From an uncultured Planctomycetota bacterium (lineage in GTDB: Bacteria > Planctomycetota > Planctomycetia > Isosphaerales > Isosphaeraceae): 64,000 nucleotides of DNA. A program made the translations under genes and the position numbers. Each line of letters begins with the position of its first letter. Within the stretch, counting starts at the first letter, position 1. The stretch spans positions 1-64,000 of the forward strand of contig CAWJTV010000022.1 in assembly GCA_963845755.1 (NCBI GenBank). Reading direction: 5' to 3'. This document shows, in pieces, positions 55,142 through 64,000 of the stretch. Under the pieces are notes generated by a model. It ran no database searches, had not been told where the DNA came from, and worked only from the letters and a program-made list of their open reading frames with translations.

Positions 55142-55599
55142 GGTTGTTGCTCCAATCGCAGAGTGGAATCAGCGCGGTTCGTCCGGGACTCAGCGTCACG
55201 GTGACGACTGAGCTCGACACAGAAGGCACCTCTTTGGCGCTGCCTCTATTGAATCATCTGAAAAAGGTGCCTCCCGAGTGCCAAGAAACTTTGGGAATTC
55301 GGCACACGGCCGAGCGACCACCGTTAACTGTGGACTTCTGTTCAGTTTGCGACGGCTGACCAGAGCGTAGGCTCCAAGGAATCCCGATGAATGGAATTTC
55401 TTGCCGAGCGCCTTCTGCTGGTGTATGTTCGCTTGGATTGGGGAAACTGCGCAGTTGAGACGGCCTGCTTGACGGTCGTATATAATGCTATCACGAATGG
55501 CATCATGATGTCGATGGTGTCTGGATGGTATCCTTCTTCCAGCTCGGTCATCATGGGAAAGGGTGCTGGCCGAGGGCGAAGAGTCGGGAAGGTCCTGTG

Positions 55600-56152
55600 A
55601 TGACGCAGCGCGATGACGAAGGCCCAGCCGCGGAGAAGCAGTCGGCCGCGGAACTGTTGCCGGTGCTCTACGATGAGTTACGCCGGGTGGCCGCGTCGTT
55701 GACAGCCGATTTGCCGCCCGGCCAGATCCTCCAGCCCACGGCCCTGGTCCACGAGGCGTATCTCCGGCTGGTGAAGGGCAAGGACCCTGGCTGGGAAAGT
55801 CGGCGCCATTTCTTCGGCGCGGCGGCACAGGCGATGCGTGAGATCTTGATCGAACAGGCCCGCCAAAAAGCCAGTTTGAAACACGGAGGGCAGGCTCAGC
55901 GGATCGAGCTGGCCGAGGGCCTGGCCTGGATCGAGCCGCCGAGTCGCGATCTGCTCTCGCTCGACGAGGCGATCCAGCAACTCCGCGCGGCCGACGCGCA
56001 ACTCGCGGAAATCGTCCTGCTCCGCTATTATGCCGGGTTGAGCTTCGAAGAAACGGCTGGCGTTCTTGGCGTTCCGGTCAGGAGCTTGAAGCGCGATTGG
56101 CGCGTATGCGCGGGCCTGGCTGGCGCGGCGGCTGAGCGAAGCACCGCCTTGA
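55600..56152 (+). CDS. ECF sigma factor (planctomycete/verrucomicrobial kinase-associated type); an extra base near 56104 fuses it artefactually to the kinase
   Basis: LLPVLYDELRRVA, LQPTALVHEAYLRL, HFFGAAAQAMREIL. Corrected end reads RDWRYARAWLARRL..* with TGATG coupling at 56150-56154. Confidence 0.88.
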
Positions 56153-58367
56153 TGACCGAGGGGATCGGAATGCCGCAAGCGATGGTAGATCCCACGGATG
56201 AACGATATCGTCATGGGGTGAGGACCCTGTTCGCACAAGCGGCCGAGCTGCCTCAAGACGAACGCGCGGCCTTCCTGGACGCCGCCTGTCGCGGCGAACC
56301 CGACCTCCGCGCGGAAGTGGAAGGATTACTCGCTTACGACGCCGGTTCCGGAGGCGAGGAGGACGAGGACGGCTTCCTGAAAAGCCCGCTGGTCCGCGCG
56401 CCGGTGCCATCGCCGCCCGAACCGTCGTGTCCGCCGCAAGGAGGAGAGCCCGGGCTGCCCGTTCACATCGGCCGCTATCGCATCCTCCGCCGGCACGGCG
56501 AAGGGGGCATGGGCACCGTCTACGAGGCCGAACAGCACAACCCGCGGCGCACCGTCGCTCTCAAGGTGATCCGGCCCGGCCTGGTCTCGCCCGAGATCGT
56601 CAAACGGTTCGGCCAGGAGGCCCAGATCCTGGCCCGGCTCCAGCATCCGGGGATCGCCCAGGTCCATGAATCGGGGATGGATGACGACGGCCGGCCGTTC
56701 TTCGCCATGGAGTTCATCCGCGGCATGCCCCTGGACGAGTACGCCCGCAGTCGCGCCGCGACGCGCCGGCGCGACTCGAACTGTTCGCCAAGGTCTGCGA
56801 CGCGGTGAAGCACGCCCACGACAAAGGCGTCATCCATCGCGACCTCAAGCCCGGCAACATCCTGGTCGAAGAATCCGGCCAGCCCAAGGTGCTCGACTTC
56901 GGCGTCGCCCACGTCACCGCCGCCGCCCTCCTGACGACCTGGGGCCAGACCCAGACCGGTCTCTTGCTGGGCACCTTGAGCTACATGAGCCCGGAACAGC
57001 TCGACGCCCACCCGAGCGAGCTCGACGGTCGCTCGGATGTGTACACGCTGGGCGTCATTCTCTTCGAGCTGCTGGCACAACGGTTGCCATACCCGATCCA
57101 TCAACTGCCGTGGCATGAGGTCGCACGGGCGATCAAGGAAGAGGGCCCAACACGGTTGACCTCGATCGACCGGCGTTACCGCGGCGAGGTCGAGATCATC
57201 GTGGCCAAGGCGCTGGAGAAGGACAAGGCGCGGCGGTACGCCTCGGCGGGGGACCTGGCGTCGGACATCCGGCGCCATCTGCGCGGGGAGGCGATCCAGG
57301 CCCGGCCGGTCAGCACCGCGGCACGATCCTGGCGATGGGCTCGCCGCAACCCGACCATCGCCGTGCTCGGAGGCGCTCTCACCGGAGTGCTGGTGCTCGC
57401 CACGGTGAGCTCGCTGCTGGCGGCGTGGCTCTACACTCAGGCCCAAACCCAGCGCAAGCTCACCGCCGAGCGCGAGTCCGAGCGTCAGAGGGCGCTGCAA
57501 GCCGGAGCGAAGGAGGCCGCGGCCCACCGCACGGCCGACGAGGCGTACGCCAGCCTCCGCGCCACCCGGGAGGAGCTTCGCCGGACGGTGTACGCCACCC
57601 GGTCAAACCTCGCCCTGGCCGCCTGGGACAACAACGATGTCGGCCGCCTGCGCAAGCTCCTCGAACTCCTGCGGCCCGCTCCGGAGGACCCCGACCCCCG
57701 TAGCTGGGAGTGGCGCTATCTCTGGCAGCTCGGCCACGAGGACCGGCTCACGCTCCAGGCTCACGACGACCGTTTCGCCGACGTGGCGTTGAGTCCCGAC
57801 GGCCAAGTCCTCGCCACGCTCGCGAAAAAAGGCCGAATCGAGCTCCGCGACCGCACCACCGGGGACTGCCTCCGTACCATCGCGGCCACGACCCGGGACG
57901 GGGGACTCGCCGACGGCGTCCACGCCCTCGCCTTCAACCCGGACGGCCGCAGCCTCGTCGGACCGGGGCCGGACGACAGCCTCGCGCTCTACGCCGTCGA
58001 AACGGGCCGACCCATGCTCCGCTTCGAGGGCCCCACGGGCGCGGTCCTGGAGCTGGCCTGGAGCCCGGACGGCCGGACCCTCGTCGCCGCGATCTCCGCT
58101 CACTCGATGCGCGTCTGGGACGCCCGCGATGGTCATCTGATCCACAGGGTCTTCGGGAGTCACGCCGGGCCTGTCACCTCCGTGGCGTTCAGCCCCGACG
58201 GCCACACCATCGCCTCGGCCAGCTACGACCGAACCATCAAGCTTTGGGAAGCCGCCCCCGCGGCCGCCCTCTCCGCCCCGCGGGAGAAAAATGGCGGGAG
58301 AAAAAGGGAGACTCCTCGGAATGCCACGAAGTTAGTGCACAAATCCTGCCTTCTAAACAAGTTGTAG
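56152..58367 (+). CDS. Ser/Thr protein kinase with TM segment and WD40 repeats (apparent frameshift near 56755; last codons run into the IS4 end)
   Basis: GEGGMGTVY, VALK, IHRDLKPGN, DFG, YMSPE, SDVYTLG; WD40 SHAGPVTSVAFSPDG...IKLWE. Confidence 0.92.
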
Positions 58368-59318
58368 CATCTTGAGCAAAGGAGGGGCTCCGGGCAATCT
58401 GGTGGTAGGTCCCAGCCACCCTGACCCCGAAGGAGCCCTCCCGTGCCGGTACGGATTGTCACCATCTTGGGCCGTCTCAAGCAAGACCTCGCCGACGGGC
58501 TTTCTCGCGAGGCCATCGAGCAGGCATGCAAGCAGGAGAAATACTCGTGGCGCGCAGCGGATGCTCGATCCGGTCACGACCGTCTATCTGTTTATCCTCC
58601 AGATCCTTCACGGCAACACCGCCTGTTCGCACGTGGTCCACTTCGGCCGATGGAACTTCACCGATGCCGCCTACTGTGCCGCGCGGAAGCGGCTCCCCCT
58701 GGCGGTCCTCCGCCGCCTTGCTGCGCGGATCGCCGCGAGTGTCCGGACGGCGACGACGGCCCAATCGACCTGGCACGGCCACCGGGTCTGGCTCCTCGAC
58801 GGGTCGAGCTTCTCGATGCCCGACACCCGCGAGCTGCAGGAGGCATTCGGCCAGCCCAGCGGCCAGCGGCGGGGATGCGGCTTCCCGGTCGCCAAGTTTC
58901 TGGCACTCTTCGACCTGGCCACCGGCATGCTCCTGCGGGTCGAGCCGGCGCCGCTCCGCTCGCACGAGATGGCGCGATCTCGCCGTGGCCACCTCCGCTC
59001 TGAACCCCGGCGACATCGCGCTGGGTGACCGCGCCTTTTGCTCATACGCTCACCTGGCCATCCTCCTGAACCGCAAGCAGCACGGGGTCTTCCGCGCGCA
59101 TCAGCGCCAGATCATCGACTTCACTCCGGGTCGGCCGCAGGCGGTGCGGGGCAAGGGGAAGAAGCCGCACGAGGCAAAGATCCGTCCGCATTCGCGGTGG
59201 GTGCTCTCGCAGGGCGAATCCGATCAAGTAGTCATCTGGTCCAAGCCCAAGTCTCATCCGAGATGGATCACCAAGGATGAGTATGCGTCACTGCAAGAAG
59301 AGATCGCGGTGCGTGAGC
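58319..59318 (+). mobile_element. IS4-family element, 5' part (frameshifted transposase from 58443), truncated by IS66
   Basis: Left end GAATGCCACGAAGTTAG resembles the IS4-group TIR. Transposase motifs: AYCAARKRLP, WHGHRVWLLDGS, GFPVAK, GDRAFCSY. Confidence 0.82.
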
Positions 59319-59531
59319 GAGTGCGTCCGGTGAACCACATCTTCAAAGCGGTTCACGGGCGTGAGATGATGTTCGGGGCACCGTCTTGATTCTTTCACTG
59401 TGCTCGGCGCACGCGATCATCCCGCGCTCGCGCCGGGCCGAGACGAACTTGGGGCGGGACAAACCTTGAGGGGCGCGCGCAATCGCCCCGCGCTCGTCCG
59501 GGGTGACGAGGAGCGCGGGGCTCGGGTGCGG

Positions 59532-61106
59532 TCACTCAGTCCCGTCGGCGCCGGCCTGGTGCAACTCCTGCCAGCGGTCCGGCAGCAGTTCGTCGATCCG
59601 CTTCGCCGGGTGCGTGCTGATCCGATCGAGCCCATCGCGGAGGTAAGCCTGGGGGTCGATCCCCAGATTCTTGCAGGTCGTGCACAAGCTCATCAACACG
59701 GCCGCCGTCTGGCCTCCCTGGTCGCTCCCCGCGAATAACCAGTTCTTCCGTCCCAGCGCCACGGGCTTGAACGCGCGCGCGCACGCACCGTTGTCCAGTT
59801 CGAGGAACCCGGCCTCCAACGGACGCTTCAGGGCCTCCCAATGGTTCAAGGCATACTGGATCGCTTCGCCGATCGGACTCTTGGGCAGAACCTTGGGCTG
59901 CTCGGCTTCCAGCCAGGCGTGAAACTTGTCGAAGATCGAACGCGATCGCTCGTTTCGCAGTTCGTGCCGGAACGCGACGAAGGCCTCGTAGTCCGCGGTC
60001 GCGCGCTTCTTGGCGTCGCGTTCGACGTCGTAGAGCAGGCTGATCCATGCCAGCGCCTGATGGGACCGTTGCGGGTCGACGGTCCGCGCCTCGTAGAACT
60101 TCCGTCGCGCGTGCATCATGCAGCCGACCTCGATAATCTCGCCCGACTTGTACAGGCCGTCGTAGGCCGAATAGGCGTCGGCCTGGAGATAACCCTGGAA
60201 GTCCTTGAAGATCTCCCGGGGCCCGGTGGCGCTGCGGTCCGGCGTGTAGCGATAGACCACGTAAGGATGGCCGCGGTCGCCGACGGAGACCCAGAGCCGG
60301 CCGGTCTTGATCCCCTTGCCGTCGTGGTCCTGCACCGGCACCGTCGTGTCGTCGTTCTGGACGACCCTGGAGCTGAGGATCTTCTTCAGCATCAGATCGA
60401 CGATCGGCTTGAGCAGATCGGCGATCGTGGCCATCCAGTCGCACATCGTTAACCGCGACAACTCGACGCCCGAGCGATCGAGGATTCCCTCGAGGCGATA
60501 GAGCGGCAAGTGATCGGCATATTTGCTGACGGCGACGTAAGCCAGCAGCCCCGGGCCTGGCAGGCCCTTGTCGATCGGCTCGGGGAGCACGTCGGCGATC
60601 ACGACGTTGGCCTGGCAGTCCTGGCAAGCGTACTTGGGGCGGATGTGTTCGAGGATGACCAGGCGGGCGGGGATGAATTCGAGTTGCTCGCGGACTTCCC
60701 GGCCGATGCAGGTGCGCTCGGCGCCGCAGTCGGGGCAAGTGCGTTGTTCGGGCGGGACGTCGTGCAAGACCGGCACTCGGGGCAGGCTCGCCGGCAACGG
60801 CTTGCGTCCGTGGCCCTTCTTCTGGGCCGCACTCGGAGCGGGCGTCGGGGCCGGGGCCGGCTCCGGGGTCGGGGCGGGTGTCGGCGCCGCCTCGGCCTGC
60901 TCCAGGATCTCCCGGGCGAAGAGCAAGAGCTGGGCCGGGTCGATCCGCTCCCCTTTGGGACCGTAGCGCTGGCGGAGGAGCTGCTCGAGCTGGTGCTGGA
61001 GCTTCTCGTTGAGATGGACCTGCTGGGCGAGCGACTTGAGCAGCTCACGGATGAGCTGATGGGCCGCCTCCAGGTCGTCCGGGAGTGGGTCCGCGAGGGT
61101 GATCAT
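59532..61106 (-). CDS. tnpC: IS66 transposase TnpC
   Basis: Leucine zipper, YGPKGE, CPDC...CQDC, KYADHLPLYR, LQADAY, CMMHARRKF, ALGRKNWLF, ELLP. Confidence 0.95.
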   Translation of the reverse strand: MITLADPLPDDLEAAHQLIRELLKSLAQQVHLNEKLQHQLEQLLRQRYGPKGERIDPAQLLLFAREILEQAEAAPTPAPTPEPAPAPTPAPSAAQKKGHGRKPLPASLPRVPVLHDVPPEQRTCPDCGAERTCIGREVREQLEFIPARLVILEHIRPKYACQDCQANVVIADVLPEPIDKGLPGPGLLAYVAVSKYADHLPLYRLEGILDRSGVELSRLTMCDWMATIADLLKPIVDLMLKKILSSRVVQNDDTTVPVQDHDGKGIKTGRLWVSVGDRGHPYVVYRYTPDRSATGPREIFKDFQGYLQADAYSAYDGLYKSGEIIEVGCMMHARRKFYEARTVDPQRSHQALAWISLLYDVERDAKKRATADYEAFVAFRHELRNERSRSIFDKFHAWLEAEQPKVLPKSPIGEAIQYALNHWEALKRPLEAGFLELDNGACARAFKPVALGRKNWLFAGSDQGGQTAAVLMSLCTTCKNLGIDPQAYLRDGLDRISTHPAKRIDELLPDRWQELHQAGADGTE

Positions 61107-61145
61107 ACCCTATACTACGTTGACGGGTGCTCGATTGTTGGCGCA

Positions 61146-61332
61146 TTATGCTCCTGTCGGTAGATTATTCTCCGAATTTCGAAGGGGAGTGGCGGGCCGC
61201 GAGTAGCGGACGCGCCGTCGGGCCTTGTCCAGATCGATGCCGGCCAGGAGGGCGGCGAGTTCGGCGGTGGTCATCTCGACGCGATCGGCCGCCGCGTCCG
61301 GGATGCGGAAGGTGCCGCGTTCGAGCCTCTTG
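61146..61332 (-). pseudogene. tnpB: IS66 TnpB, C-terminal part
   Basis: KRLERGTFRIP...ELAALLAGIDL...RRRVRY. Confidence 0.88.
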
Positions 61333-61422
61333 ATGCTGGCATCACAGGACCCTCGTTCTTGTGGCGTTACACAAATCCTGAGACGTTGGGCTACTGCCGC
61401 CACGAATCGGCGGCCTCTCTTG

Positions 61423-63604
61423 CTACCGGTCGGGACGGTCCTTGGGAACGACCAACTCAGGGTGCCGGGCGGCGATCCAGGAGTTCTTTCGTCTGGCCAG
61501 TTGTCGCAGGCGACGAACCTCGTCCTTGTCGGCCCACACGATCAGATGCTTTCCCGAAGGCGTACGCCGCGAATGGACCCAACCCTGCTTGATCCAATAA
61601 TGGACCTTCTGGGCGATGACGCCGAGTTTCCCGGCCAAGTCGGGGATCCACCACTCGTCCTGGCCGACGAGGTCGTCGCGGAACAGTTCTCCGACCAGCC
61701 CAAGTTCACGGACCAACGCCCCGATCGTTCCCGCCGTGAACACGCCGCGACGGCGCGGCGGGACGAAGCCCTCGGCATTGAGCCGCGCGGCGATCTGCGA
61801 CAGGTGAAGTCCTTCTCGATGGAGTTGCTTGATTCGTTCCGTGAGGCGTCGAAAATCCTTCAATTGCTCATACCTGCCGACTGGCCTCGCGACCTGCTGT
61901 TGGGTTGTCATGCCGCCGAGCCAAACGATCGTTACCTCGTTGAGCTCAGTCGCCTTGTCGGCCACGACAATGACCCGCTCCACCGCGCAGCGCACGATCT
62001 GCTTGCGATCCATCGCCGACGTGCCTGGTGCGTGCCAGAGCGCGGCGACGCTCTCGGAGAGCGATCGAATCCGTTGGCGATCGGCGTCGTTCAGCGTCGC
62101 CGGCAGTCTCGTCAGGAACCGATGGTAATCCTCCTCCGTTTGACGCTGCTTCTTCAGCGCGTCCTCCCACCGCGCCTCGAGTGTCCGCGCCACGAGTCGG
62201 TTCTCGGGCTCCACGGCCTGATACTGCCGCTCGGCCCTCTCGACCTCCTGGCGTGCGCGTTCCAGAGTCTGACGCCAATGGTCGTGGAGGCGCTTGCGCT
62301 CTCGCTCGGCGTTCTCGATCGCGCGTAGGCTCAGGTCCAGCGCAGCGGGCTCCAACTGCGCGGAGCACTTCCTTCGCGACCAGGTCGTCCAGCGTCTTTG
62401 CCGAGATGCACCCGCACGGCTCGTCCAGGGCCAGCCGCCAATACTCGCCGCAGTGATAGCCGGGCTTCTTGTCGGCCTTGTATCGCGTCGTCATGTGGCG
62501 GCCGCATTTCCCACAGACGACCAGGCCGGGCAGCAAGGCCTCGCCGCGTTTGGGCACGCCCCGCGTGTCGTGGAGCGATCGATTCTGTTTGAGGCGTTCC
62601 TGATTCGCGAGATAGCGATCCCAGCTAATGTACGCTGGGAGCCGATCCGGCAGGAACACGGCCAACTCCTCGGGCGGCACGAACCACTTGCCGCCTTCGG
62701 CTCGACCCGTCGTGGGATTCTTCGTCCCCGCGCGATGTAGGCCATAAGCGTATGCCCCCGCATAGATGGGGTGTCGCAAGATCGACAGGACTCGACTGGG
62801 AGAGGCTGGCTTCCACTCCAGCTCCCCAATGCGCCCACCGCGATGACGGCGAAATCCCAGTTGCAGGTTGTTCACGACCAGGTAACGGAAGACCGCGTAG
62901 GCGGAACCGAGTTCCTCGAACTTCTCGAACACCAACTGAATCATTCCACGCGCCTGCTCGTCAGGCTCTTGAATGATCTCGCCCGTGGCCGTCTTGAGGT
63001 ATCCCAGCGGAACGGCCAGGAACAGCTCGCCGCGCTCCGCTTTGTTCCGACTGCCTCGAAGCAAACGATTGTACATAGTAATCAATTCGTATTCGCTCAT
63101 TGCGCTTTTCATGCCAAGGAGGAGACGATCGTTACTGTCCAAGGCATCGTAGACGCCATCTTGATCGCATAGCAGGGTGCGAAAGATGCCGCAGACGTCG
63201 ATAAGACGATGCCATTCGGTATTCGACCGCGACACCCTGCTAAGCTCCAACCCCAGCACGATCCCCACGTGGTTCAAGCTCACTTCCGTCATCAACCGCT
63301 GGAAGCCCGTGCGATGGTCGGTCAACTTGCCGCCGTGGCCCTGATCCTCGTCGATGATCACCACCCGCTCTGCGGGCCAACCGAGCCGTTGCGCGAACTG
63401 CGCCAGAGCATACTGCCGTTCGCGAGACTCGCGGTTCTCGAGGACTTGCTGCGGCGTTGACTGCCGCACGTACACGATCGCGAGTCGATCGAGATGCCGA
63501 TCGCCAATCTTCGAGCTCGACCTCTGGCCGAAGGTGGAGGTCGATGGAGTCTCGTCGATTGATCTGTCCGTGCGATTGACGGCCCGTGCATCACGAGATT
63601 TCAT
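61423..63604 (-). CDS. Large serine recombinase, about 725 aa (apparent frameshift near 62355)
   Basis: AIVYVRQST catalytic Ser, LELSRVSR, VPLGY, LRHPIYAG, LVVCGKCG zinc ribbon, VEPENRLVARTLE, C-terminal HTH-like segments. Confidence 0.92.
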
Positions 63605-63788
63605 CGCGCACCTCCTGAGCGGTGCGAGGCGCGCCGAGTTGTCGAGTCACGATGTCGCTGAGGGTGAGCAGCGTTCGTTGACGCTGCTCGTCCGTCAGTC
63701 GGCTCCAGAGTTGGTCCAGCACCGACGGCCGAACGACCGACGTGCGCGGGGGGGAGCAACGAGTCCGGCGTCTCGCGACATGGGGCAC
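63591..63788 (-). CDS. Small (about 65 aa) accessory ORF overlapping the LSR start
   Basis: AAGGAGG RBS; LWSRLTDEQRQRTLLTLSDIVTRQL helix; contains the RBS (CAGGAGGTG) for the LSR GTG/ATG start. Confidence 0.62.
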   Translation of the reverse strand: MPHVARRRTRCSPPRTSVVRPSVLDQLWSRLTDEQRQRTLLTLSDIVTRQLGAPRTAQEVRDEIS

Positions 63789-63915
63789 CTCCTTGGATCA
63801 CGGGGTGTTGAGCTTCGATCCATTCCGCCAGCCGCATCAGGCCGGCCAGCGCGATTATGGGGGTGTCCGACGATTCCTGTAAAGTCGAGAGGATGGGGGC
63901 AGTCTTACTCGTACT

Positions 63916-64000
63916 TCTTGGCCCAGACGGCCAGGCCATCGCGATCCCAGTACAGGATCTTGATGCGGTCGCGGCGCTTGTTGACGAAGACGAAGAGATG
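63916..64000 (-). pseudogene. tnpB: IS66 TnpB, N-terminal part (runs off the window)
   Basis: Minus-strand translation [28 protein letters not shown]. Confidence 0.9.

Larger units (their letters stand above)
61333..63915 (-). mobile_element. Second minimal LSR element (about 2.58 kb) inserted in IS66 tnpB
   Basis: 5-bp TCTTG on both sides (61328-61332, 63916-63920). Removal restores ...[15 protein letters not shown]. Confidence 0.9.
59319..64000 (-). mobile_element. IS66-family element (continues beyond the window), carrying an LSR element in tnpB
   Basis: End sequence GAGTGCGTCCGGTGAACC at the point where the IS4 ORF breaks; tnpC and split tnpB. Confidence 0.85.

Noticed and set aside
55525..56808. 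Apparent ECF sigma-kinase fusion protein (427-aa ORF)
   Set aside because: One extra base near 56104 explains it. The corrected frame gives the canonical WRYARAWL end and a TGATG stop/start overlap.
61146..64000. tnpB as an RNA-guided IS200/IS605 TnpB nuclease
   Set aside because: The sequence is the small IS66 accessory TnpB (Orf2), unrelated to Cas12-like TnpB.

Overview
GC-rich bacterial DNA that looks planctomycetal (Isosphaeraceae-like). The evidence is the planctomycete-type N-terminal export motifs, the ECF sigma/Ser-Thr kinase pair, the HEAT-repeat protein and the giant TolC-like protein; this taxonomy is inference only. Many genes, including housekeeping ones, carry 1-bp frameshifts, most likely uncorrected long-read errors. 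The centre (about 12.9-58.3 kb) is ordinary chromosomal content: ppdK, glpK, glycosyltransferases, phosphatases, amidase, sodA, rluA, greA, a MacAB-TolC-like operon, an FG-GAP protein and a 2-oxo-acid decarboxylase. Both ends are nested stacks of mobile elements. Left: a complete group II intron (3-4064, minus strand) whose RT gene is split at the PQG motif by a 2.0-kb large-serine-recombinase (LSR) element; further right lie an IS110 fragment, a second intron 5' fragment, an AT-richer nSTAND/WD40 + HEPN island and an IS21. Right: IS4 interrupted by IS66, whose tnpB is split by a second, unrelated 2.6-kb LSR element. The most interesting signal is these two minimal 'small ORF + LSR' elements. 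Each sits inside a conserved coding motif of another mobile element, and exact removal restores the host reading frame at the junction. The first element would form a perfect 42-bp palindromic attP and would switch its recombinase C-terminus on excision.
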